This document shows positions 47,205 through 55,438 of a DNA stretch of 64,000 nt, piece by piece. Under the pieces are notes generated by a model. The model was not told the origin of the DNA. It did no database searches and was given only the letters and a program-made list of their open reading frames with translations. The stretch spans positions 13,945 to 77,944 of the forward strand of contig JBCBHM010000007.1 of assembly GCA_038525585.1 (NCBI GenBank), read 5' to 3'. Numbering within the stretch: the stretch's first letter is position 1; each line of letters begins with the position of its first letter. This DNA comes from Pseudomonadota bacterium. GTDB lineage: Bacteria > Pseudomonadota > Alphaproteobacteria > Rhodobacterales > Rhodobacteraceae. The position numbers and the translations under genes were made by a program.

Positions 47205-47902
47205 ACAGCCCAACCTTTCGCAACTGGCAAAGCGTGCAGGACGAAGTGCTGCGCCGTATCCACGCCCGCGAATGGGCCCCCGGAGAGCTGATCCCGAACG
47301 AGGCCGACCTGGCGCAGGAGTTCGGCTGCGCCAGGTCGACCGTCAACCGCGCCCTGCGCGCGCTCGCAGCAAATGGCCTGCTGGATCGCAGGCGCAAGGC
47401 GGGCACACGGGTTGCCGCGGAACCTGTGGCGAAGGCAACGCTCGACATCGCGCTCTTGCGCCATGAAGTGGAGGAGAAGGGCGCCACATATGGCTACCAC
47501 CTGATCGAGCGCACCCTTGCCGTGCCGCCGGTCAGCGTCAGCGCGGCCATGAAGACGCGGATACAGGACGCGCTCCTGCACATCCGCGCGCTGCATTTGT
47601 CCGACGCGGCCCCCTATGCTTTCGAAGACAGGTGGATCAACATTGACCAGGTGTTGGATGCGCGGGCGGAAACATTTCAGAGCGTGAGCGCGAACGAATG
47701 GCTTTTGAAACACGCGCCATACACCCATGGCGACATCGCGTTTTCGGCCGTTCAGGCCACGCCGGACCAAGCGCGCATTCTGGCGGTGCCCAACAACAGC
47801 GCCCTCTTTGCGATTGACCGGATCACATGGGATGACGCGCACTCCGTCACCAAGGTCAGGCTCGTCTTCGCACCGGGATACCAGCTTCGGACTAGCGTGT
47901 GA
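47201..47902 (+). CDS. hutC: Histidine utilisation repressor, GntR/HutC family
   Basis: Winged HTH (LIPNEADLAQEFGCARSTVNRALRALAANGLL) plus a UTRA effector domain. ATGA overlap with hutF (internal Met of track ORF 47099-47902). Confidence 0.85.
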   Translation: MNSPTFRNWQSVQDEVLRRIHAREWAPGELIPNEADLAQEFGCARSTVNRALRALAANGLLDRRRKAGTRVAAEPVAKATLDIALLRHEVEEKGATYGYHLIERTLAVPPVSVSAAMKTRIQDALLHIRALHLSDAAPYAFEDRWINIDQVLDARAETFQSVSANEWLLKHAPYTHGDIAFSAVQATPDQARILAVPNNSALFAIDRITWDDAHSVTKVRLVFAPGYQLRTSV

Positions 47903-48153
47903 CGCTAGGCTCCGACGGCTTGAGCAAAATGGTTCAACCCGAAGAACCGGAGCACGTGTGCTATCACATGTCAGAAGGTTAAGCGCGAGGCGTTGATATG
48001 CCTTAGGGCACGTGCCAAACGACACGCGCCCTGTGAGATACTTCTTAGTTCGGTCAATAACCGCTGGTTTGGACTGGCCGATTGGCGATGGATCTACGCT
48101 CGCAGGATAGACGAGACCCGATTGACATGCCCGACGCAATCGTCCGCGTCAGA

Positions 48154-48351
48154 TCATACTGCCGCGCGGGCGCCGCCACGGGGGCCAGCGATGAGCCAGA
48201 CGATAAAACCGATGACCGGCAGGATCAGGACAAGCAGGACCCACAGCACTTTGCTGCCGGTGCCCGCGCCCGAACCGATGATGGACACGATGGCCCAGAT
48301 GTTGAGGATGAGGAGGATCAGACCGCCGATGCCGGCAACTTCGATACCCAT
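48154..48351 (-). CDS. PLDc_N-domain small membrane protein
   Basis: MGIEVAGIGGLILLILNIWAIVSIIGSGAGTGSKVLWVLLVLILPVIGFIVWLIAGPR is the typical cardiolipin-synthase-N-like mini-protein. Confidence 0.7.
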   Translation of the reverse strand: MGIEVAGIGGLILLILNIWAIVSIIGSGAGTGSKVLWVLLVLILPVIGFIVWLIAGPRGGARAAV

Positions 48352-48375
48352 GATGTAGTCTCCTTTCGGTGGTGG

Positions 48376-48588
48376 TTATGCGGCTTCGATTTCGGAGCCG
48401 CTCTTGAGGACGCGATCACCATCATCCTGTTCGATGAGGTAGGCGGGATCGTCGTCAGTGGCATTGCGGGTGACATCCGTGCCCTTGATCGTCTTGGTCA
48501 CCTTGTCCGTGTAAATCTGCTTGATCGTGCCCGTGGCGGTGCCATCGCCCCAAGCCCAGCTCACGCTATCGCCGATCGACAGGTTCAT
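48376..48588 (-). CDS. DUF2945 (hypervirulence-associated Tudor-like) protein
   Basis: GDSVSWAWGDGTATGTIKQIYTDKVTKTIKGTDVTRNATDDDPAYLIEQDDGDRVLKSGSEI matches the DUF2945 pattern. Confidence 0.75.
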   Translation of the reverse strand: MNLSIGDSVSWAWGDGTATGTIKQIYTDKVTKTIKGTDVTRNATDDDPAYLIEQDDGDRVLKSGSEIEAA

Positions 48589-48845
48589 GACCCGCTCCGT
48601 TGGGCGCGCAACGCCTCGATCAACTCGTCCTTGGTCATGGAGGAGCGGCCGTCGATGTCACGCTCTTGCGCGAGATCATAGAGGTCGTCTTTGGTCCGGT
48701 CCTCATAGGCCGACCCGTCATGGTCGACATCGTCGCTGGCCTGAGCGTTGGCAATGCGCGCGGCGACCTCTTTGGAATAGCCGTCCTCGCGCATGGCGTC
48801 ATAGGCCTCTTCGTCCTTGATGCTGGGGCGGGTGTCACCGTCCAT
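48585..48845 (-). CDS. Rho_N (SAP-like) domain small protein
   Basis: SIKDEEAYDAMREDGYSKEVAARIANA...DDLYDLAQERDIDGRSSMTKDELIEAL. GGAG lies 9 nt before the ATG at 48845. ATGA overlap with the DUF2945 gene. Confidence 0.6.
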   Translation of the reverse strand: MDGDTRPSIKDEEAYDAMREDGYSKEVAARIANAQASDDVDHDGSAYEDRTKDDLYDLAQERDIDGRSSMTKDELIEALRAQRSGS

Positions 48846-48876
48846 GTCGCAATCTCCATCGTGTTTACGAATTGGA

Positions 48877-48901
48877 AACGCGAGGGATCGTGAAAGGTTC
48901 C
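48877..48901 (-). promoter_or_regulatory. EcfG-type promoter motif for the Rho_N/DUF2945/PLDc_N operon
   Basis: Reverse strand reads GGAAC ctttcacgatccctcg CGTT, with the -10 element 31 nt upstream of the ATG at 48845. Confidence 0.65.
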
Positions 48902-48905
48902 GCAA

Positions 48906-49553
48906 TCAGGGGGCAAAACAGCGCTCCAACGCCTTGACCTCGTCCGCGGGCACGACAAACAGCACGTGGCCGCAGCCCTTGAGCGTGCTGTCGTCGCGGG
49001 GCAGCGTTTCGTCCTCACCATCAATCAGCGCAATGGGCCGCGTGTCCTTGGGCAGATCCAGCTCTGCCAGCGTCTTGCCATCCATCGCCGCGGGCACCTC
49101 GACGCGTTTGAGGCGCAGGGCGCCGGACAGGTTGAGGTCTTCGGTCACCTCGGTGTCTTCCTCCAGCGCGCGGCACAGGGATTTGGCGACGGTGGCGTGA
49201 GGTGTGATGGTGTCGTTCAGCTCAAGCTCGGCACAGACCTCGAGCAGTTCGGGCGAAATGATCTGCGGGATCACCCTGCTGAAACCGACGGAGCGGGCCA
49301 CAAGGGCTGTCAGAATGTTGTCGTCCGAGGCGTTGGTGAGCGCGATGAGCAGGTCATTGTCGCCGCGATGCGCCTCACGCAGCACCGAAGGGGAGGAGCC
49401 GTCGCCCTCGATCAATCCGCAATCAAGCTGCTCGCTGAGCCGTTCCAGCTTGGCCCGGTCCTTGTCGATCAGCACGACCTCGTGGCCGTGATCGATCATC
49501 TGCTCGGCGGTGGCGACCCCGAATTTGGAGCCGCCGACGATGACGATGCGCAT
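48906..49553 (-). CDS. trkA: Trk/Ktr potassium uptake system, RCK (NAD-binding) subunit
   Basis: MRIVIVGGSKFGVATAEQMIDHGHEVVLIDKD Rossmann motif plus a TrkA_C-like C-terminal domain. 215 aa. Confidence 0.8.
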   Translation of the reverse strand: MRIVIVGGSKFGVATAEQMIDHGHEVVLIDKDRAKLERLSEQLDCGLIEGDGSSPSVLREAHRGDNDLLIALTNASDDNILTALVARSVGFSRVIPQIISPELLEVCAELELNDTITPHATVAKSLCRALEEDTEVTEDLNLSGALRLKRVEVPAAMDGKTLAELDLPKDTRPIALIDGEDETLPRDDSTLKGCGHVLFVVPADEVKALERCFAP

Positions 49554-49556
49554 GTG

Positions 49557-51026
49557 TTATCCTTTCTGCGTGTGAGGGCGGGTCCAGGTTCCGGGCAGGA
49601 TCAGGACCAGCACTGCAATGAACTCCAGCCGCCCAAGCCACATAGCCAGCGTCAGCATGAGCTGCGCGCCCGGCGGCAGATCGGGGCCGATGACGCCGGT
49701 CGACAGGCCCACGGTCGACAGCGCCGAGATGGCGTCAAAAAGAGCGGGCAGGGCCGGGTGGCCGAGCGAGACGAGCACAGCCCAAACCGTGCCAGCGGTG
49801 GCGAGGTACAGCATCAGCAGACCCACGAGCGACACCAGCAGCGTGTCCTTGACCGGGGCCCCGCGATGGCGCAGCGGGCTGACCGCGCGGTCGGGCAAAC
49901 GGGGCAGGGTCAGGGCATGCCGGATGGCGCGGGTCAGGATGCTGAACCGCCACAGCTTGAGCCCCCCGGCGGTCGATCCGCGGTCGCCACCGATCAGCAT
50001 CGCGACGATGAAAACCACCAGCAGGGCAGGGGTCACCGGCATGGCGCCGGTGGCAAAGCCCGCGGTGGAAAAGGCGCTGAGCAGGTTGAGCAGCGTGGGC
50101 AGAAAGGGCTCGTCGCTGCCTGCGATCAGTCGGGCGAGCGCAAGAACGGCGGCGCAGGCCAATGTCATCAGCGCCACACGCCGCACCGAGGGCGATGCCC
50201 AGATCGGTGTGCCGCCGCGGCGCACGGCTTGCGCAAAAGCCAAAAGCGATATGGCACCGGCAACGCAGGCCAAGATCACGAGGCATTGCACGAGGGCGGT
50301 GTAGCTGGCCAGGCTGTCGGACCGGGGCGCAAAGCCCCCGGTTGAGATGGCGGAAAGGGCCAGCACGAGGCCTTCGGCCGCATTGCCGAGCGTCAGGGCG
50401 ATGAGCGCGGCAAAGAGCGCGGTGAGCAACACATAGGCCCCCAGCAATTCGCGGGCCTGCGTTCGGGCCGATTGGATGCGGTTTCGGTCGTCGATCCCCG
50501 CCTTGCCGATGGTGCGCGCGGCGGGGCCCGGGCCCAGCACAAGGGCTAGCACCGCCGTGGCCATGGCCAGCCCGCCGCACCATTGCATCCACGATCGCAG
50601 GACATGAGCGGCAAAGGGCCAGCTGTCGGGATCACGGGCCATCGACAGACCCGTTGTGGTGATCGCACTCATCCCCTCGAACAGCGCCGCTGCAATCGGC
50701 AGCCCAAGCCACATGAAGGCGGGAACGGAAAAGACAGCGGCCAGCAGGAACAGGAGCGCAATGGACACCATCGCCTCGACCCCGCGCAGATCGTCGGGCA
50801 GCGCGTGCCGCCACACGGCGAGTGAGGCCAGAAGGCCAATCCCGATGGGTAAGGCGAGCGCCAGCGCAAGCGGCATCGCACCTTCGGCCATCGCCCAGAT
50901 CAGCGGCGGACCAAAGAGCAGGGCGGCGAGGGGGCCGTGCTTGGCGATGACCAGCCCCACTGTCCCAAGCCGCGCCTGCTGCAGCAGCGTGTCGGCACCG
51001 TTACCGGCGCTGCGAAACTGCGCCAC
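49557..51026 (-). CDS. trkH: TrkH/KtrB-family potassium transporter
   Basis: Polytopic membrane protein with repeated MPM-like units (TTTGLSM, ISTGGFA, FSTAGFA, STVGLSTG selectivity-filter glycines). I prefer the GTG at 51026, just after the mscS stop; the track ATG at 51056 overlaps mscS. Confidence 0.8.
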   Translation of the reverse strand: MAQFRSAGNGADTLLQQARLGTVGLVIAKHGPLAALLFGPPLIWAMAEGAMPLALALALPIGIGLLASLAVWRHALPDDLRGVEAMVSIALLFLLAAVFSVPAFMWLGLPIAAALFEGMSAITTTGLSMARDPDSWPFAAHVLRSWMQWCGGLAMATAVLALVLGPGPAARTIGKAGIDDRNRIQSARTQARELLGAYVLLTALFAALIALTLGNAAEGLVLALSAISTGGFAPRSDSLASYTALVQCLVILACVAGAISLLAFAQAVRRGGTPIWASPSVRRVALMTLACAAVLALARLIAGSDEPFLPTLLNLLSAFSTAGFATGAMPVTPALLVVFIVAMLIGGDRGSTAGGLKLWRFSILTRAIRHALTLPRLPDRAVSPLRHRGAPVKDTLLVSLVGLLMLYLATAGTVWAVLVSLGHPALPALFDAISALSTVGLSTGVIGPDLPPGAQLMLTLAMWLGRLEFIAVLVLILPGTWTRPHTQKG

Positions 51027-51030
51027 CTGC

Positions 51031-51930
51031 CTATTCCGCGGCCTCGGACACGGCACGCACAGGCAGCGGGCCGTTCACGGTGAGGGTGCGATAGGGGAAC
51101 GGGATCTCGATCCCGGCATCGTCGAGGGCGCGTTTGATGGCGGCCACAACCTTGTCGCGGCTCGCGCGGATGTCCACCGGTTCGGACCCGGTCCACCACG
51201 TCACTTCGAAGTCAATGGAACTGGCGCCGAATGACTTGGCAAATACCTGGATGTCGCGCACGTCGTCACGCACCATATCCACGGCGCGGGTCGCTTCGGC
51301 GATCACGTCGCGGGCGGCGTCAACGTCTTCTCCATACGCCACGCCGACCATAATCGCAGTGCGGCGGTAGGCCTTGTCGGTGCGGACAGTGACAGCGTTG
51401 TGGAACAGTTGCGCATTCGGAACGACAACCAGTTGACCGTCAGTCTGACGAATATGGGTGTCACGAATGGTGATTGCCTCGACCTTGCCTTCGGCGCCAT
51501 CGCATTCGACGTGGTCGCCGATCTGGAAGGGCTCGCGCAGCAGGATCAACAGACCCGCCAGAAAGTTTTCGAACGTATCCTTGAACGCAAAACCGATTGC
51601 GACGGAACCAAGCCCGAGCGTGGTCAGCGCGCGTCCGGGGGTGATGGTCGGGAACACAACGGTGAGCGCAACAAGTATCCCCGCCAGCCAAACGACAACC
51701 CCGGTCAAGAGGCGCAGTACGTCGATCAGGTTGCGCCGCAGACCCGCGCGGCGGCCCAGGCGGGTGATGATTGCCTTGATCGCCCAGACAAGCAGGGCAG
51801 TGACCAGAATGACAAGAATGGCGATGCCGAGGCGCGGCAGGGCGGCGATGCCCGCACTGACCCAGCCCGAAAGCTGTTCGATAAGCGGGGCAGTGACGGT
51901 GTCGGGCATGATCTGTTCGAGCTGTTCCAT
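51031..51930 (-). CDS. mscS: Small-conductance mechanosensitive channel family protein
   Basis: Three N-terminal TMs, then the MscS beta-domain PFQIGDHVECDGAEGKVEAITIRDTHIRQTDGQLVVVPNAQLF. Confidence 0.85.
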   Translation of the reverse strand: MEQLEQIMPDTVTAPLIEQLSGWVSAGIAALPRLGIAILVILVTALLVWAIKAIITRLGRRAGLRRNLIDVLRLLTGVVVWLAGILVALTVVFPTITPGRALTTLGLGSVAIGFAFKDTFENFLAGLLILLREPFQIGDHVECDGAEGKVEAITIRDTHIRQTDGQLVVVPNAQLFHNAVTVRTDKAYRRTAIMVGVAYGEDVDAARDVIAEATRAVDMVRDDVRDIQVFAKSFGASSIDFEVTWWTGSEPVDIRASRDKVVAAIKRALDDAGIEIPFPYRTLTVNGPLPVRAVSEAAE

Positions 51931-51938
51931 GACGGCGC

Positions 51939-51963
51939 AACGCGTGGTCGTGGGGATCGTTCC
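51939..51963 (-). promoter_or_regulatory. EcfG-type promoter motif for mscS(-trkH-trkA); probably gives a leaderless or near-leaderless mRNA
   Basis: Reverse strand reads GGAAC gatccccacgaccacg CGTT gcgccgtc ATG. Only 8 nt separate the -10 element from the mscS ATG. Confidence 0.6.
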
Positions 51964-51969
51964 ATGGGT

Positions 51970-51995
51970 GGAACGAAAGCCAGCCTCTTTGCGTT
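51970..51995 (+). promoter_or_regulatory. EcfG-type promoter motif for the FNT-family channel gene
   Basis: GGAAC gaaagccagcctctttg CGTT (N17). Its -35 lies 6 nt from the -35 of the divergent mscS promoter (GTTCC atgggt GGAAC). Confidence 0.65.
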
Positions 51996-52037
51996 GGTCC
52001 TTAAATTGTGCGCTCGCGCACGACAGCGGAGACTCAC

Positions 52038-52877
52038 ATGTCCAATAGCACCACTGGATCGCGCCCTGGCGACCTGACCGACGATCAGACCGAGGCCAAA
52101 GCGGTTGAGAATGTGGCCCCGCTGTCGCCTAAGCTGATTTTCGAAGCGATCCGCCGTAATGGTGAGGAAGAGCTGGAGCGCCCCGACCGCGCGCTGTGGT
52201 TTTCGGGGATTGCCGCAGGCATCCTGATCTCGTTTTCGGTGCTGGGCGAGGCGCTCTTGCGATCCGCGCTCCCCGACACCGACTGGCGCTATATCGTGGA
52301 AAACATGGGCTACACTCTGGGCTTCATGCTCGTGATCCTTGGCCGGATGCAGCTGTTTACCGAAAACACGATCACGACAGTCGCCCCGGTATTGGTCAAG
52401 CGGACACGCGCCTGTCTAGTCCGCACGGTGCAATTGTGGACGATTGTTCTTGCCGCAAATGTGGTGGGCGCGTTCGCAGTGGCTGCGTTCTTTGCCTACG
52501 GGCCCGTTCTGTCGCCCGAGGTCGCCGCGGCCTTTACCGAGCTCAGCCGCCACGCCACTGGCATGCCACCGATGGAGGGGTTGATGCGCGGCATTCCGGC
52601 GGGTGTGCTGATTGCGGCGCTGGTATGGATGATGCCCACGGCCAACGGCAACGCGGTTGCGCTGATCTTTCTGTTTACCTGGCTGATTGCCCTTGGTGAC
52701 TTTACCCACATCGTCGCAGGCTCGGTGGAAATGGCGTATTTGATGGTGCAGGGCGATCTGGCGCTGACACAAGCCGTCTTTGGCTTTTTCCTTCCCGTGC
52801 TGACCGGCAATGTCATTGGCGGCACCGTGATCTTCACCCTGTTGGCGTGGGCCCAGATCCAGCCCGAAGTGGAGTGA
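52038..52877 (+). CDS. Formate/nitrite transporter (FNT) family channel protein
   Basis: ALWFSGIAAGILISFSVLGE...GFMLVILGRMQLFTENTIT...ALGDFTHIVAGSVE is an FNT-like six-TM pattern. I chose the ATG at 52038 because the putative TSS lies at or beyond the track start at 52008. Confidence 0.7.
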   Translation: MSNSTTGSRPGDLTDDQTEAKAVENVAPLSPKLIFEAIRRNGEEELERPDRALWFSGIAAGILISFSVLGEALLRSALPDTDWRYIVENMGYTLGFMLVILGRMQLFTENTITTVAPVLVKRTRACLVRTVQLWTIVLAANVVGAFAVAAFFAYGPVLSPEVAAAFTELSRHATGMPPMEGLMRGIPAGVLIAALVWMMPTANGNAVALIFLFTWLIALGDFTHIVAGSVEMAYLMVQGDLALTQAVFGFFLPVLTGNVIGGTVIFTLLAWAQIQPEVE

Positions 52878-52884
52878 CAAAAAA

Positions 52885-52920
52885 CGCCGCGTACCCAGTG
52901 CGGGGCGCGGCGCTTTTGTT
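52885..52920. terminator. Bidirectional hairpin terminator between the FNT gene and a convergent small gene
   Basis: aaaaaa cgccgcg ...loop... cgcggcg cttttgtt. An A-tract precedes the stem and a T-tract follows it. Confidence 0.5.
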
Positions 52921-52936
52921 GCATCTAATGTCGCGC

Positions 52937-53086
52937 TCAGTGGTCAGGCGCGTCCTTTGCCAAAGTCGATTTTTCGGCGTTTGGATCTTCCATCTTCTTC
53001 TCGGTGGCGCGTTTGCTTGCCAGGGCCCAAATGACAACCGCCGCAGCGGTCAAGCCAAACAGAATGGGCAGGATCGAGATGTCCAT
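52937..53086 (-). CDS. Small single-TM membrane protein (49 aa), hypothetical
   Basis: Manual translation gives MDISILPILFGLTAAAVVIWALASKRATEKKMEDPNAEKSTLAKDAPDH. It lies 12 nt downstream of the preceding small gene and is below the ORF-track size cut-off. Confidence 0.4.
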   Translation of the reverse strand: MDISILPILFGLTAAAVVIWALASKRATEKKMEDPNAEKSTLAKDAPDH

Positions 53087-53098
53087 GATTGTTCTCCT

Positions 53099-53269
53099 TT
53101 ATTCAGAAGCCGCGGTGGGCACGGTTGCATTGGTGGCGTCATCGTCAGGCGCCACCGGCGCCATGAAAAAGATGAAGCCGACAACAGCCAAAACGACAAA
53201 CCCCATTCCCAGAAGGGCGGGGTAGTGGCGGCGTTGCTGCTTTTCGATATTCGTGTCGGGTGCGGTCAT
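53099..53269 (-). CDS. Small single-TM membrane protein (56 aa), hypothetical
   Basis: MTAPDTNIEKQQRRHYPALLGMGFVVLAVVGFIFFMAPVAPDDDATNATVPTAASE. RBS aaaggag precedes the ATG at 53269. This is the 3' part of the 195-aa track ORF. Confidence 0.5.
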   Translation of the reverse strand: MTAPDTNIEKQQRRHYPALLGMGFVVLAVVGFIFFMAPVAPDDDATNATVPTAASE

Positions 53270-53302
53270 GATCACACTCCTTTCTTTCCAGTCTGAAATA
53301 GA

Positions 53303-53327
53303 AACGCAGGGCGCTGCAATTCGTTCC
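53303..53327 (-). promoter_or_regulatory. EcfG-type promoter motif for the two small membrane-protein genes
   Basis: Reverse strand reads GGAAC gaattgcagcgccctg CGTT, with the -10 element 33 nt upstream of the ATG at 53269. Confidence 0.65.
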
Positions 53328-53364
53328 GCGCAGCCCCCGGGGCAACATTTTTTCGCGGCGATCT

Positions 53365-53389
53365 GGAACCTTTGTCGCACCCAGCCGTT
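53365..53389 (+). promoter_or_regulatory. EcfG-type promoter motif for the secreted PRC-barrel protein gene
   Basis: GGAAC ctttgtcgcacccagc CGTT, with the -10 element 58 nt upstream of the ATG at 53448. Confidence 0.65.
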
Positions 53390-53447
53390 CCTCTGACACA
53401 TCGCGGCACACGTGCCGCAACATTCTGAACTTACTGGAGGAATCACT

Positions 53448-53945
53448 ATGAAACGCATTTTTGCGTCTGTTCTCGCTTTGACTGTTGCCACGCCGGCCCT
53501 CGCTGGTTCGACCGGCTCGGAAGAAGCCAAAGTGCCCGCCATGAACGCAGCATCCGAAGAAGCGCCCGCCACGGATCGCCCCATCGTGATGGACGACAGC
53601 TGGGACGTCGAAGACCTTGCCACATTCGACGCGCCACAGGTGTCGCGCGAAGGTTGGGTTGCTGCCGATACGGCCGAGATGACCACCGAAGAGATGACCG
53701 GCCTGCGCGTTTACAGCGCCAATGACGAATGGATCGGCGAGATCGACAACCTGATCGTCAATGGCGAAGGCGAAATTCAGGGCGCCGTGCTGGGTGTCGG
53801 CGGTTTTGTCGGTATCGGCGAAAAGGACGTGCTGGTCAGCTTTGACAGCCTGACGATCAAGACCGAGACCGACGGCGAAGACATGCGCGCCTATGCGAAC
53901 ATGACCGAAGAGCAGCTGGAAGCGCTGCCCGCCTACGAATCGTAA
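53448..53945 (+). CDS. Secreted PRC-barrel domain protein
   Basis: Signal peptide MKRIFASVLALTVATPALA and an acidic linker, then the PRC barrel GLRVYSANDEWIGEIDNLIVNGEGEIQGAVLGVGGFVGIGEKDVLVSF. RBS ggagg. Confidence 0.75.
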   Translation: MKRIFASVLALTVATPALAGSTGSEEAKVPAMNAASEEAPATDRPIVMDDSWDVEDLATFDAPQVSREGWVAADTAEMTTEEMTGLRVYSANDEWIGEIDNLIVNGEGEIQGAVLGVGGFVGIGEKDVLVSFDSLTIKTETDGEDMRAYANMTEEQLEALPAYES

Positions 53946-54013
53946 ACACATCGAAGGTTGGATTGTCCCCCGACCTTCCATGCGCCGGATCACCTCCTCG
54001 TTGATCCGGCAGT

Positions 54014-54056
54014 GACGCGCCGCCTTTCCCCAAAAGGCGGCGCGTCTTTCGCTTTT
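54014..54056 (+). terminator. Rho-independent terminator after the PRC-barrel gene
   Basis: gacgcgccgcc tttccccaaaa ggcggcgcgtc followed by tttcgctttt. Confidence 0.7.
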
Positions 54057-54076
54057 GTCCGACGGAGACCTTGCCC

Positions 54077-55438
54077 ATGACCGACCGTAACCTGACCGAA
54101 GGACCCGTATGGAGGGCATTGATGGCTGTGTCGGCCCCGATGACGTTCGGGGTGCTGGCCGTCGTGAGCGTCGGGCTCGCGGATGCGTATTTCCTGGGCC
54201 AGCTGGGTGCGGCTCCGCTGGCGGCGGTCGGGTTTGTCTACCCGGTGACGGCGGCGATCACGTCGCTGGCCATCGGGCTGTCTGCGGGCGCAAATGCGGT
54301 GATCTCGCAGGCCTTGGGCCTGGATGCCGGGCGCGAGGCCGTGCAGCGGCTTGCATTGCATGCGACGGGCCTGGGCGTTCTGCTGGCGCTGATCGTCGCG
54401 GTGGCCTTTGCCTTTGGCGCCGAAGGCATCTTTGGCCTGATGGGCGCAGGGGACGCCGCCCTGACCGAGGCGATGGCCTTTGCACCCGTCTGGGCCATAT
54501 CCTTTCCGTTCCTCGTGGGTTCCATGGCGCTGAATGCCGTGTTTCGCGCACATGGGGATGGGGCCGCGTCGGCGGCGATCATGATACTGTCGGCGGTCTT
54601 TGCCATTGGTCTGAACCCGGTGCTGATCTTTGGCTGGGGTCCGCTCGACGGCATGGGCACCGCCGGGGCGGCGACGGCCACGCTGATCGGTCGTGTCGTG
54701 GCAGTGGTCGCTGCCGTCATCTATGCGGTGCGGCGCGGATATCTGTCGATCTGCCTGTCGCCCTTGCAAGGTCTTTGGGGTTCGGTGAAGGAGGTTGTGC
54801 TCGTGGGCGCGCCGGCCGCCTTTTCCAATGCGATCAATCCTGCGGGTATGGCGCTGGTGACGGCTGCGGTTGCCACGCTGGGCGAGGCTGCCGTGGCCGG
54901 GTTTGGGGCAGCCACCCGTGTGCAGACTGTGGCGCTTGTCCCGTTGCTTGCCCTGTCGGCCGGTATCGGTCCGGTGGTGGGTCAGAACTGGGGGGCCGAG
55001 ATGCAGGATCGCGCACGCAGTGCCGTCGCGGTCGCCTGGGCGCTGTGCCTGGGCTACGGTCTTGCCGTCGGGGCTGCACTTGCGATCTGGGCGGAACCCA
55101 TCGCGTCGCTCTTTGCGGATGAGGGCGGAGAGGCGTTGCCCTATGCAACCGACTACCTGCGCATCGTCGGTTGGAGCCTGTTTGGCTACGGCATGCTGGT
55201 GACGGCGAACGCGGCGATGAACGCACGGTCAAGGCCGCTCTATTCCATGGGTTTGGGCCTGGGGCGGATCAGCCTGATCTACGTGCCCGGCGCGTGGCTT
55301 GGGGTCGTGACCTTTGGCTATTCCGGGATTTTGGGGGCGGCTGTCGCAGCCAACGTGTTGACGGTGGCTGCCGCGCTCTGGTGCCTGTCGCGCACCGACT
55401 TGAAGCCGCGCCCACCGGCGCAATTGGCTATCGCCTAA
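54077..55438 (+). CDS. MATE-family efflux transporter
   Basis: About 453 aa, 12 TM. The N-terminus LTEGPVWRALMAVSAPMTFGVLAVVSVGLADAYFLGQLG is typical of NorM/DinF-type MATE proteins. Confidence 0.85.
   Translation: MTDRNLTEGPVWRALMAVSAPMTFGVLAVVSVGLADAYFLGQLGAAPLAAVGFVYPVTAAITSLAIGLSAGANAVISQALGLDAGREAVQRLALHATGLGVLLALIVAVAFAFGAEGIFGLMGAGDAALTEAMAFAPVWAISFPFLVGSMALNAVFRAHGDGAASAAIMILSAVFAIGLNPVLIFGWGPLDGMGTAGAATATLIGRVVAVVAAVIYAVRRGYLSICLSPLQGLWGSVKEVVLVGAPAAFSNAINPAGMALVTAAVATLGEAAVAGFGAATRVQTVALVPLLALSAGIGPVVGQNWGAEMQDRARSAVAVAWALCLGYGLAVGAALAIWAEPIASLFADEGGEALPYATDYLRIVGWSLFGYGMLVTANAAMNARSRPLYSMGLGLGRISLIYVPGAWLGVVTFGYSGILGAAVAANVLTVAAALWCLSRTDLKPRPPAQLAIA

Noticed and set aside
48966-50345. 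459-aa ORF on the plus strand
   Set aside because: It is antisense to trkA/trkH and extremely Gly/Arg/Gln-rich. It is a shadow ORF.
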